From: a bacterium
GTDB taxonomy: Bacteria; UBA8248
Length of the DNA stretch: 64,000 nucleotides
Assembly (NCBI GenBank): GCA_965261085.1
Contig: OZ253442.1
Coordinates: forward strand, 3,296,001 to 3,360,000
Direction: 5' to 3'
Positions 21,577 through 31,523 of the stretch are shown here, in pieces. The notes beneath the pieces are model-generated. The model made no database searches. It saw only the letters and a list, made by a program, of their open reading frames with translations, and was not told where the DNA came from. The stretch's first letter is position 1. Each line of letters starts with the position of its first letter. Made by a program: the position numbers and the translations under genes.

Positions 21577-23214
21577 TCAACGGTTCGGTTCCGGCGGCGC
21601 CGGGTGCTTTGTGAATTCGCTCCCGCGCCAGGGCTGCATGGCGATATCCCCTCTGCTCCATGCCCCTTCGGTCGCCTCGATCGCGGCGGCAACACCCTCC
21701 AGTGTCGGTGTTTCCGGCTCGACCGGCAGGATATCGGCGCCGACAGCGAGGAATATCCGCCCGAAGCTCTCCTCGACTTCGGCAAGGCTGAGATCACGCG
21801 CCAGCAGCGCGCGCAATGCTTCGATTTCGCCTCGTATCGTTTTCAGGCTGTCGACCGTCCCGAACCGCTTGCTCGAGCGCAAAACATCGAGAATGCGCCG
21901 TTCGATATCGACGATCCTGTCCGCCGTCTTATGACGCGCCCGAGCCTCCTCGAAGCTCGCCAGCGCCACATAGAGCTGCGTGAGCACCGCCATGCTCAGC
22001 GCCTCTCGCCGCGCCACCGCCAGATCGCGTCTCGCCCTCGCCGCATCGATGGCCGCGGGCGCAATGAACATTTTGGTCAGGTTGACTGAAACCGCCGCGC
22101 CCAGCGACAGCCAGTCGTTGTTCACCAGAAACGAGTTGCCGTCCTGGTAGGCGCCTCCCGTCAACTCGAGACCCGGAAGGAGGCGCAGCATGGCTTTCTT
22201 CACCTCGTCGGCCGCGATGCGTTCGCCGAGTTGTCCCTCGCGAAGCTCCGGACGGTGGGCGAGCGCCAGCGCCGCAAGATTGTCCGTATCGAATGCGAGC
22301 GTACGCGGCTCGGGAGCGGACGCCGGAATGGCGAGCGTGAAATCCGTCCCCGGCGGGAGACCGGCGAGCGCAGCGAGTTCGAGCTTCGCAAGCCGGCTCT
22401 GTCGCCGCTGCCTCTCGAGCTCCTCTACGGCCTCAAGCAACGTCCGCTGGTACCGCAGCGCCAGGATCGGCGACTGCATCTGACGGGTCGCAAGGCGCGC
22501 GCTGTCCTCGAGCGCCACGCGAACCCGCGCCAGTAACGGCTCGAGCCGGGCCAGAGCCCGCTCGCCCGCTACCGCCCGCCACCAGGCGCGACGCACTTCC
22601 GCGACCACCCCGTGCACGGCCTTGCGGCGGCGCTCAAACGCGATGAGCGCCCGGTCCGACTGCTGCTTCGCCCCGTACCAGGAGACCCCGAAGTCCAGCA
22701 CATGCCATACCGCGGCCAGATTGCCGGAAAGGCGGGTCCGATCATTCGAGGTCGATGAGCTCAACGATTCCCGGCCCGTAAGCACTGAGCGGCTAGAGGA
22801 GGCCTGGACGTTGCTGCGTCTCTCGATGCCGTAGCGGGCGTTCAGTCCCGGCAGCAGTCCGAGACGGGCCAGACCGAGTTCCCGCATCGCCAGGCTTTGC
22901 TCCATGGCCTCGACGCGCGCGTCGAGATTGTGGAGCAGCGCGCGGGCCATTGCGCCATGCAGGGTGAGCGGCCCGTCGAGCGGAGGTTGGTTGGCGTTCA
23001 GTTGCGCGAGGTCCGTTTTGACGCGAAGCGCCGTCTGCTCAGGGGTGAGCGGCTTAGGGTTCACGGTGCAGCCCGCGAGCGCCGCCAGCGATAAGATACC
23101 CACGCAGAGCACGCGCGGGAAAAGCCGCCCCGGACTCCGCCGGGACTTCCCTTGCACACCATATCGTGAGCGCCCACGCGTACTGATTCGTTCGTCGACC
23201 CGGAACCGTGACAT
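21577..23214 (-). CDS. TolC-family outer membrane channel (lipoprotein type) of the T1SS
   Basis: Lipobox LAGC, LTLHGAMARAL.HNLD, WHVLDFG, ALAHRPEL repeats; RBS AGGAGA; last gene of an ABC-MFP operon. Confidence 0.88.
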   Translation of the reverse strand: MSRFRVDERISTRGRSRYGVQGKSRRSPGRLFPRVLCVGILSLAALAGCTVNPKPLTPEQTALRVKTDLAQLNANQPPLDGPLTLHGAMARALLHNLDARVEAMEQSLAMRELGLARLGLLPGLNARYGIERRSNVQASSSRSVLTGRESLSSSTSNDRTRLSGNLAAVWHVLDFGVSWYGAKQQSDRALIAFERRRKAVHGVVAEVRRAWWRAVAGERALARLEPLLARVRVALEDSARLATRQMQSPILALRYQRTLLEAVEELERQRRQSRLAKLELAALAGLPPGTDFTLAIPASAPEPRTLAFDTDNLAALALAHRPELREGQLGERIAADEVKKAMLRLLPGLELTGGAYQDGNSFLVNNDWLSLGAAVSVNLTKMFIAPAAIDAARARRDLAVARREALSMAVLTQLYVALASFEEARARHKTADRIVDIERRILDVLRSSKRFGTVDSLKTIRGEIEALRALLARDLSLAEVEESFGRIFLAVGADILPVEPETPTLEGVAAAIEATEGAWSRGDIAMQPWRGSEFTKHPAPPEPNR

Positions 23215-23220
23215 TCTCCT

Positions 23221-24735
23221 TTATTCCTCCTTCATCGCCCGCGAGAAGTAATCCGTGAGCGGTTTGACGAAATAGCTGAGCGGCGAGCGCTCGGCTATGC
23301 GAATGTGGACCTCGACGGGCATTCCAGGCGCCAGGGAGAGGCCAGTCGCGTGAGTGGCCGCAGGCTTCGCCTCCGGGATCGCAGCCGCCTTCGCGGGTTC
23401 CTCCGTTCTCGGGAACACGCGGCGCAGCCAGTTCGCCGGATGCCAGCTCTCGGGGATCTCGGGCAACCTGCGGGAGATGATTCCGGGCAGGGCCGCCGCC
23501 CAGGCGGGGAACTCCAAATCCTTTTCGGGTTCAATGGCCCCGCCTATGGAGACCTCGACGTCGTACCATGTGACGCCCCTTTGCGGGTCCTGCACCGCGT
23601 CGGCCGAGACACGGACGATGCGGCCCTCGTACTTGGGCGTAATCCGCGCCTGGAAGGCCGAGAAGCGCAAGGTCGCCTCCTGGCCCGGGCGCACCTGATC
23701 CACGTGGATGGGCTGTAGCTGCGCCCTCACCAGGAGTTTCGCGTCCTTGGGCACGATGCGCAGGATGGGTTCTCCGGGGCGCACCACCTCGCCCAGCGCG
23801 AAGACCTTCATACCGAAGACCTCGCCGGACAGCGGAGCCCGGACTTCCATCCGGCCCAGGCGCCCGCGCAGCGAGAGGAGTTTCTCGCGCACTTCATTCT
23901 CCTGCGCCTGCGCCTCGCGCGCGCCGGCCTCCGCCTCCTCGGCCCGTTTCGTGCCGATCTGGAGAATCTGTATCTCGATCTCCGCAGTCCGGCTGTGCGC
24001 CGCGGCGATCCTCGCCTCGATATCGCCCGTCTGGCCGTCGAGTCCGGCCGCTTCGCGCTCCAGCGCCAGGAGCCGGTGCAGTTCCGTCAGACCGTCCTTG
24101 AAGAGTTGCCGCTCGGCTTTCAACTCCCGGGTGACGAGACCTCTCTGGCGCCTGACCGCCCCGACCTGGGCCTTGAGGCTCGCGACCTGCTTGCGCGCCT
24201 GAACGATCCGCTTGCGAAGCTGCGCTTCCAGCCCCGCCCTGGAAGCCCGCCGGGCAATGTACAGCCGTTTCTGGCCCTCCAGAATCGTCCTGACCGCAGG
24301 TTCCGCCCTGGAGCGCCGGGCAAGCGCCGCGTCCCAGAGGATGGCGTCGGCGCCGCGGAATTCCGCCTCCAGACGGTTGCGCCGCGCCACCAGTTCGGCA
24401 TGCGTCGCCGCCAGGATCGACTCCTCCGAGCGCTGAAGCTTGTCGTCGAAGCGAAGCACTACGTCGCCCGCCTTCACCGTGTCGCCTTCGCGGACGAGTA
24501 TCTCCCGCACGGTGCCCCCGTCGATGTGCTCGACCACCTGGTCGCGGGCCTCGACCTCGACCCTGCCGGCCGCGATCACGGCGCCCGAGATCGAGGCGAA
24601 AGCGCCCCACCCGAACAGGCCGCCCCAAAGCAGGAACAGGGTCAGGAAACCCAGCACCACCGGGCGTCGCACGTTGAACATATTCTTCCGGGTGTCGCGG
24701 GCCGCTTTTTCCCGCCGTCCTCCCAGGATGCTCAT
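23221..24735 (-). CDS. HlyD-family T1SS periplasmic adaptor (PrtE/AprE-like)
   Basis: N-terminal TM, VEHIDGG.VREILVREGD.V, long coiled coil, RAPLSGEV, PGMPVEV, RSPLSYFVKPL. Confidence 0.93.
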   Translation of the reverse strand: MSILGGRREKAARDTRKNMFNVRRPVVLGFLTLFLLWGGLFGWGAFASISGAVIAAGRVEVEARDQVVEHIDGGTVREILVREGDTVKAGDVVLRFDDKLQRSEESILAATHAELVARRNRLEAEFRGADAILWDAALARRSRAEPAVRTILEGQKRLYIARRASRAGLEAQLRKRIVQARKQVASLKAQVGAVRRQRGLVTRELKAERQLFKDGLTELHRLLALEREAAGLDGQTGDIEARIAAAHSRTAEIEIQILQIGTKRAEEAEAGAREAQAQENEVREKLLSLRGRLGRMEVRAPLSGEVFGMKVFALGEVVRPGEPILRIVPKDAKLLVRAQLQPIHVDQVRPGQEATLRFSAFQARITPKYEGRIVRVSADAVQDPQRGVTWYDVEVSIGGAIEPEKDLEFPAWAAALPGIISRRLPEIPESWHPANWLRRVFPRTEEPAKAAAIPEAKPAATHATGLSLAPGMPVEVHIRIAERSPLSYFVKPLTDYFSRAMKEE

Positions 24736-26600
24736 GAGTTGTCCTCCTCCTCGGAGTCCCCGTTCACCGGAAACGGGGGAGTCGTGAGCCGGATCACGCG
24801 AGGCGGCTCCTTCTCCTCGCCCGGCGGGGTTTGCCGCCCATCAGCAGGCGGCGGGCCGGGCAGCGCGCGCACCACCACGGGCGCCTGCGCACCCCCGGCC
24901 TCAGAATGCGCCTCGCGCGCCGCAGGCGGCAGCGCCAATTGGGTCGGGTGGTTCTGTCCGCCCTCCATCAGGTGCACCACGTCGCATTCGGCAAAGGCGC
25001 CGGGACGGTGGGCCACTATGACCGCGGCGCCGCCGCGGGACTTGATATCGGCCACCGCGCGGTTCAGCGCCACGGCGCCCTCCGTGTCCAGGTGCGCGTC
25101 CGGCTCGTCGAGGATCACGACGACGGGATCGCCGTAAAACGCGCGGGCCAGCGCGATGCGCTGGCGCTGTCCGCCCGAGAGCGCAGCGCCCCCCGCCGCC
25201 ACCTGGTAATCGTAGCCTCCGGGCAAGTCGAGTATCATCTCATGCGCGCCTGCGCGCTCCGCAGCCAGGACGACCGCTTCCGCGTCCGGTTCGGGATCGA
25301 GGCGGGCGATGTTCTCCGCCACCGTTCCCTCGAACAGCACCACCTCCTGCGGCAGCCAGCCGACGTAGCGCGCCAGCGCTTCCTCGCCGTATTGATCCAG
25401 TTCCGCGCCGCCCAGCGTCACCTTGCCCGCCACCGTCGGCCATACCCCCGCGAGCGCTTTCGCCAGCGTCGACTTGCCCGATGCCGAGCGCCCCGCGATG
25501 CCGACGGCGTTGCCCGGCTCCAGACGGAACGAAACGCCCCGCACGGCGGGAACAATCGCCCCCGGCGCCGCGACGACGGCGTTTTCCACTTCGAGGACGG
25601 CCCGGGGCTTGGGTAGAGACGTCCGCACAGGAGGCTCCGGCGTCTCGGAAAGCAGCTTCGCCAGGGAGCGCCGCGCCTGGAGCGCGCGTTGCAGCACCGG
25701 CCATTGCCCGACCGCCTGGTCGATGGGCGCCAGCGCCCGGCCCAGAAGAATCGAAGCCGCGATCATGATGCCCGGCGTCACCACGCCGAGGATGGCGAGC
25801 CATGCGCCGAGGCCCAGCATCATGGACTGCAGGAACAGCCTGAGCGTCCTGGAGGTGACCGCATAGGCGCCGCTGCGGTCCGATGCGACGATGGTCTTGG
25901 AGAGCGTCGTGTGACGCAGCGCCTCCAGGCGCGCGAGCACGGCGCCCCGCATCCCCAGCCCACGCACCGTCTCCCCGCCCGCGCGCGTCTGCTCCACGAA
26001 GTGCCACGCCATGGCCGAAGCCTCGCCCACCTCGGCCTGGAGCCGCCCCGTCCGCGCCGAGTTCATCAGCGCCAGCGCGATGAGCAGCAAGCCCGAGCAT
26101 ACCGCCAGCAGGCCCAGCATCCAGTGGAAGGTGAACAGCGCGAACAGGAACACCGGCGTCCAGGGAGCGTCGAAGAAGGCGAACGGGCCGGGACCCGACG
26201 CGAAGCGCTGCATCGCCTCGAGATCATGGAGCCCCGTGGCCGGATTCGAGCGCGCGCCCGCCGAGCGGCCCGCCCGGCTGAGAATCGCCCCCAGAACACG
26301 CCCGTCGAGACGGTCCTGGAACCTCGCTCCCGCACGCGCGAGCACCCGGGCGCGGAAGTGGTCCAGAAGCCCCATCATCAGGAACAGGAACGCCACGATG
26401 CCTGCGAGCGCGACCAGCGTCGCTTCGGAGCGCGAACTCAGCACCCGGTCGTAGACCTGCAGCATGAAGATGGGGCCGGTCAGTATCAGGAGGTTTACGA
26501 AAAAACTGAACAAACCGATGATATAGAACAGCCGGCGACTCTCGGCCAGGGCCGCGCGAATCTCCCTCCGTCCTCCCCTGTCGCTTTTTCGATCATTCAT
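24732..26600 (-). CDS. T1SS ABC permease/ATPase (PrtD/AprD-like, no C39 domain)
   Basis: FMLQVYDRVL.SRS..TL, FDAPW.P, GRALAPID, GRSASGKST, LSGGQRQRIALARA, LDEP. Confidence 0.95.
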   Translation of the reverse strand: MNDRKSDRGGRREIRAALAESRRLFYIIGLFSFFVNLLILTGPIFMLQVYDRVLSSRSEATLVALAGIVAFLFLMMGLLDHFRARVLARAGARFQDRLDGRVLGAILSRAGRSAGARSNPATGLHDLEAMQRFASGPGPFAFFDAPWTPVFLFALFTFHWMLGLLAVCSGLLLIALALMNSARTGRLQAEVGEASAMAWHFVEQTRAGGETVRGLGMRGAVLARLEALRHTTLSKTIVASDRSGAYAVTSRTLRLFLQSMMLGLGAWLAILGVVTPGIMIAASILLGRALAPIDQAVGQWPVLQRALQARRSLAKLLSETPEPPVRTSLPKPRAVLEVENAVVAAPGAIVPAVRGVSFRLEPGNAVGIAGRSASGKSTLAKALAGVWPTVAGKVTLGGAELDQYGEEALARYVGWLPQEVVLFEGTVAENIARLDPEPDAEAVVLAAERAGAHEMILDLPGGYDYQVAAGGAALSGGQRQRIALARAFYGDPVVVILDEPDAHLDTEGAVALNRAVADIKSRGGAAVIVAHRPGAFAECDVVHLMEGGQNHPTQLALPPAAREAHSEAGGAQAPVVVRALPGPPPADGRQTPPGEEKEPPRVIRLTTPPFPVNGDSEEEDNS

Positions 26601-26681
26601 AGCTTGTCCATAACCCGCATCAGGGGCGTTTCCCTGAAACGCCCGTATACAAAGTCACACCCGCCGCGTCCCGCGTCCGCC

Positions 26682-26840
26682 GGGCGGACGTCACAACGGC
26701 GATACGCAACTGGTGCGACTCACCTTCATGAAGAAGCTCCGGCGCATGCCCGGCGAAGACGCGGCCAACCCCGCCTGCATCGTCAACGAACGCGGGGTCG
26801 GCCACCGCATGGCACGGCGGGACGGACCCTCACGGCCCGT
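26682..26840 (+). pseudogene. Third relic of OmpR-type winged-helix C-terminus (frameshifted)
   Basis: gggcggacgtcacaacggcgatacgcaactggtgcg is identical to 28-63; continues as FMKKLRRMPGEDAANPACIVNERGVGHRMARR. Confidence 0.7.
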
Positions 26841-26854
26841 CGCCGCCGCGCACG

Positions 26855-29037
26855 TCACATGGAATCTTCCACCACCGACAGCGTGTAGGTGCCTGTATCG
26901 TATCCCCAGGCGCCGGCCGCCACATAGTAGGCGCCGGCTTCCTCCGCCGTGAACGTCACCCGGGCGTTGTAGCCCGCGCCGCCGTCGTCGTCCGTCGTGC
27001 CGGGGATGAAGTTTCCGTCCGCGTCGTGGAGCCCGTACAGATACGGGTCACTCAAGGTGCCGCTCCCGGTCGGCGAGCCCTTGAGGTCGATCCGGTAGGT
27101 CGCGCCCGCCTCGAGTTCCACCGCGAACCAGTCGCAGTCGAACGAGATCTCGATATCGCTCGTCACCGAGCCGCCCACCTCCACCGCGCCGCTCGTCCCG
27201 GTACCCGCCGCCAAATCGTCCGGGACCTCAGTCACCGACAGCGTGTAGGTGCCTTTACTGTCATATTCACCGCCGCCGGTGTATACATAGCTGTTGCCGG
27301 CCACCAAATAGTAGGTGCCGGCATCCGTCGCCGTGAACGTCACCCGGGCGTTGTAGCCCGCGCCGCCGTCGTCGTCCCACGTGTAGAGGATACGGACGCC
27401 GTCCGCGTCGCGGACCGAGCCCAGATGCGGGTTCCTCATGGTGCCGCCCCCGGTCCACGAGCCTTCCAGGTCGATCCGGTAGGTACTGCCCGCCTCGAGC
27501 TCGACGGCGAACCAGTCGTGGTCGTTAAATACATGGATCTTGCCCGTCGCCGAGCCGCCCACCGCAACCCGGCCGGTCGTGGAGGTGTCTTCCGGAAGGT
27601 CCTGGCCGTCCGGTTCGGACACACTCTGTTGCGTCTCCGTAACCTCCTGCGCTTCGGCCACGTCGGTGACGTTGACGGTGACGGTCACCTCGCTGTGCAG
27701 GCTGCCGTCACTCGCCCGCACCGTCAGTTCGTACCGGGTCGTCCCCGACTCGTAGTCCTCGCCCGCGCCCTGGTACGACAGGGCGCCCGTCCCCGGGTCG
27801 ATGGCGAACAGGCCACCGGAGTCGCCCGCCTCGATGCTGTAGGTAATCGTCGAGTTTTCCGGGTCCGTCGCCGATACCGCGCCCAACGCTACACTGGCCG
27901 CGCCGCCGTCGGCGTTCTCCGCCAGTGAGAACGCATAGCTCCCCTCCGCGAACGCCGGCGCTTCGGCCACGTCGGTGACGTTGACGGTGACGGTCACCTC
28001 GCTGTGCAGGCTGCCGTCACTCGCCCGCACCGTCAGTTCGTAGCTGGTCGTCCCCGACTCGTAGTCCTCGCCCGCGCCCTGGTACGACAGGGCGCCCGTC
28101 CCTGAGTCGATCTCGAACAGGCCACCGGAGTCGCCCGCCTCGATGCTGTAGGTAATCGTCGAGTTTTCCGGATCCGTCGCAGAGACCGCGCCCAACGCTA
28201 CACTGGCCGCGCCGCCGTCCGCGTTCTCCGCGAGTGAGAACGCGTAGCTCGGCTGCGCGAACTCCGGCGCCTCATCCGTCCCCTGCTGCTGCTGCTCCAA
28301 GGCGGCCACCACGTCGGGATTGGCCCCACACTCACCCCATAACGCAGTTTGAATTCGTTGGCGCCTTCTTCCTGCGCTTCCACACGCACGAAATACGTCC
28401 CGGCCAGGAGCGTCTGCGAAATCCACTCGTTCGCCGTCCCCTCCTCCGTGCCGCTGTAGAGGACGTTGCCTTCGGCGTCCTCCAGAAACAGGTCGGCATT
28501 CGCATCCTGTTGGCGCAAACCCAGTCCAACCCTCCTGGCCTCCGAAAGCGTGAAGCGCCAGTAGTCCACCGAGTCGGAGGAGCCGTCGAGTGATGCCGCC
28601 GGAAACTGCGGCCCGGCGAGAGCCGTGATGTCGCCGAGATCGGCGGCGCCGCCGCGCTCGGCGTCCGTATCCACCCATTCCGTCACGCGCACGGTGTAGT
28701 CGCCCGTCTGATTCGAACGGCCGCGAGCTTCGATATAGTAGGCGCCGGTGGTGGTGGCGGTGAAGGTCAACCGGGCGTCCCTGCCGACGCCGCCATCGTT
28801 GTCCCGGGCGCCCGCAATCCGGTTGCCGGCGGCGTCGTAGAGGCCTCGCAGTACCGGGTCCTGCAGGGCGCCGCCGCCGCTGTCGGCTCCCTCCAGGCCG
28901 ATGACGTAGGTATGGCCGGCGACCAGGTCGACCGCGAACCAGTCGAAGTCATTCGAGGTCTCGATCTCGCCCGTCGCCGAGCCCCCCACCGCAACCGCGC
29001 CGGTGGTCTGCGTATCGGATGTATAGTCGTCAGGCAT
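26855..29037 (-). pseudogene. Shorter paralogue of the 1783-aa adhesin (2 PPC-like, 2 cadherin, 2 PPC-like; ~726 aa if restored), 2-bp insertion frameshift near 28328
   Basis: 5' ~750 bp nearly identical to 9270-10020; ttggccccACactcacc versus ttggccccactcacc in the intact copy. Confidence 0.88.
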
Positions 29038-29380
29038 GGTCTGTCCCCTTTCTCAAGTCAATAACGCAATGAAACCTGCCTCCGAGGGGGAGCTTGTCCG
29101 CCCGACCGGGGCAACTCGCTTCTCCTCGTCGATGGATCCGGAAGATCCCCCCAAACACTCACACTCACCGAAAACTCCCCGCGCACCGCCCCGTAGTTGC
29201 TCTACGGAGCGCTGTAAATGACCATGAACCCATTTAAGCACAAAATGTGTGAACTTAGTGTGAGCGTTTGCGACAATTACGTGTTGTTATCGTGTTATTT
29301 TGGATGAATTCTGCTGTGGGGCCGCAACTGCGCCGTGGACAAGGGGTTCCGAAACGATCCGCCGACAGTGGGACGCCGTC
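29038..29380 (-). promoter_or_regulatory. Duplicated adhesin upstream/promoter region (copy 2)
   Basis: Near-identical to 10021-10345. Confidence 0.6.
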
Positions 29381-29389
29381 CGGCTCGCT

Positions 29390-29560
29390 CTCCCGGAATA
29401 TGACCGCGTCGGCGGCGAACAGGGCTACGCCGGGACCGGCAAGACCGTTCCCGTGCTTGACGAGGGTTCCCTCGCCTCCACGCTCGAGGTCCGTGAGTTG
29501 CGCCGGCTGGCACCACGGTCGACGCCAAGGATCTGCTGGTCGTCGTCGGCGACGCCTGGC
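29390..29560 (+). pseudogene. Second TrwC/TraI relaxase helicase relic (internally deleted)
   Basis: DRVGGEQGYAGTGKT joined directly to VLDEGSLAST (Walker B-like), then LVVVGDA in a shifted frame. Confidence 0.65.
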
Positions 29561-29705
29561 GCGCCTGACCGGACGGCAACAAACCGGGGGATGAGGAATG
29601 CGCCTCGCGAGCTTAAGCTAAAGGGGTTCCGAACGCATCAGCGCCCGGCCTTCCTTGAATCTTCTCCAGAGTCATCCGAATCGACCCCCGGCCGAAGCGA
29701 TTTAT

Positions 29706-29921
29706 TTGAGACCGTCCACATCGAGGCGAAGGCGTATTCGCCCGCTTTTGCGGTGACGGGACGCGGGAGAGCACGGGTATGACGGCGGAGCGACTCGGCT
29801 CGTTCGGGCCGAGGGAATTTCTGAAAAATACGATAAATTCACGGGGTTTTTCGATAAATAAATAAAAGTATAACCTATTGATATATATTGAGTTATACGC
29901 GTATTCGCCTCTGATCGGGGC
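29706..29921. repeat. ~220-bp non-coding direct repeat (copy 2) with consensus IHF site at 29871-29883 (minus strand)
   Basis: Matches 10579-10798; TATCAATAGGTTA on the minus strand fits WATCAANNNNTTR. Confidence 0.85.
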
Positions 29922-30236
29922 GTTGATGCACATGCTCCTTAACCTGGCGATATCCGTGGCGGCCGTTTCGCTCTCCCTGCCCACACCCCCGGCGCGTTTT
30001 CCGTGAACGCGGAAAGGCGGCATTCGCCAGCCCACCCTGAATTCAGCCAACCCTTTCATTCCCCATTCGGGATAAGAATAGATTTATCCTACACACTCTA
30101 TGTCGAGAGTCGCAATTTCCCCGCTTCCGCTGTTGTGATAAATTGGCGATGCTCCAATTATTCTTGCAGCCAAAATTTTGCGAACTTTCCGAGGGGAGGT
30201 TCCGCGTACCGGCGCGCCTATCGAAGGGGAAACTTC

Positions 30237-31511
30237 ATGAAACGCGCAATCACGCCCGAGAACTGCCCGCAGCCCCTGAAAGCGCAGTCGCAGCTCATCG
30301 AAACCGAACACTTCATCTTCTTTTCCGGGCAGCTTCCGACGGACTACGTTTCCGGCATCGCGCCCGAGGCGGCGGTTGACCCGGCGCTCCCCTACGCCTC
30401 GCCGCCCGAAATGGTCCGCCAGACGCGCTACATGCTACAGACCATGGAAAAAGTGCTGGGGAGCGCGGAGATCGGTTTCGAGGATCTCATACGGATCGAG
30501 CAGTTCATCACCGGCCGGGATCAGGCGCCCTGGTATTCTTCGGCGCGGCAAAGCTTCATGGCGAAGGCCCACCCAACCAGCACACGGGTCGTCTCGAAGG
30601 CGCTCGAAGTGCCCGGCGCCATGATCGCCTGCGACGGAATCGCGGTGAACCCCAAGGCGGGATGGGAAAAGGTCACCCACGACCTGGAGGTCGTCCCCAA
30701 GGCCGTGACGGGATACCCCGCGGCGCAGTCGGCGGGGCCGTTCATCTTCATGCCGGGCATGATCGCCACCGATTATGAGACCGGCGTCCACCCGGACGCC
30801 CGGGTGAATCCGGCCCTGTGGCATCAGTCCGCCATCAAGCGGCAGACCGAATACATCGTCCGGACGAAGGAAAAAGTGCTCGGCGAACTCGGCCTTTCCC
30901 TGAATGACATCATCCAGTCGAGCGTCTATCTCAAGCACATGGAAGATCTGCCGGCCTTCGACTATGTGTGGCGAAGCTTTTTCCCCGAGAACCCGCCCGC
31001 CCGGGTGCTCATCCCCTGCGACGATCTGGCCATCGGCGGCTCGCGAATCGAGATCAGCTCCATCGCCCTTCGCCCGGATTCGGGGTTCGCCCGGAAGACC
31101 ATCACGGCCGGCGACGCGCCTGCGCCGGTTTTTCACGAACCCCACGGGGTGAAAGCGGGGCCCTATTTATTCTTCTCGACGCAAATCGCAGCGGACGAAA
31201 GCGGACTGGCCGAGGAGGCGAGCGTGAATCCTGGGCTCCCCTGGTATGCCTCGGCCATCAAGCTCCAGGTCGAATACATGCTCAAAAACGTGGACGCCAT
31301 CTGCCGGGCGGCGGGGGGATCTCTTTCAGACGTGGTGAGAAGCCAGACCGTGTTCTCCGATATGGCCGACCTGCACGGGGCGTTCGAGGTGTGGGGGAGC
31401 GCCTTCCCGAAGGATCCGCCGGTGAACACGAGCGCGGAGACGGCGACCCCCATGCCCGTACCGGGATGCCGGGTCCTCGCCTCTTTGATGGCCTACATCC
31501 CGGACGAATAA
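30237..31511 (+). CDS. Rid (YjgF/YER057c/UK114) family protein with three tandem domains, 424 aa
   Basis: Three ~140-aa units (FIFFSGQL / FIFMPGMI / YLFFSTQI; Q..Y; P.S/R/N motif); RBS AAGGGG before ATG 30237. Confidence 0.85.
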   Translation: MKRAITPENCPQPLKAQSQLIETEHFIFFSGQLPTDYVSGIAPEAAVDPALPYASPPEMVRQTRYMLQTMEKVLGSAEIGFEDLIRIEQFITGRDQAPWYSSARQSFMAKAHPTSTRVVSKALEVPGAMIACDGIAVNPKAGWEKVTHDLEVVPKAVTGYPAAQSAGPFIFMPGMIATDYETGVHPDARVNPALWHQSAIKRQTEYIVRTKEKVLGELGLSLNDIIQSSVYLKHMEDLPAFDYVWRSFFPENPPARVLIPCDDLAIGGSRIEISSIALRPDSGFARKTITAGDAPAPVFHEPHGVKAGPYLFFSTQIAADESGLAEEASVNPGLPWYASAIKLQVEYMLKNVDAICRAAGGSLSDVVRSQTVFSDMADLHGAFEVWGSAFPKDPPVNTSAETATPMPVPGCRVLASLMAYIPDE

Positions 31512-31523
31512 GAAGTCACGTCG

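Noticed and set aside
229-29037. Diversity-generating retroelement behind the loop variability
   Set aside because: No reverse transcriptase or template repeat in the window; differences include non-adenine changes and indels
30003-30236. N-terminal extension of the triple-Rid ORF, and similar extensions at 12541, 47208, 56419 and 62784
   Set aside because: Better starts with RBS or stop-start coupling exist downstream (30237, 12673, 47646, 56515, 62760)
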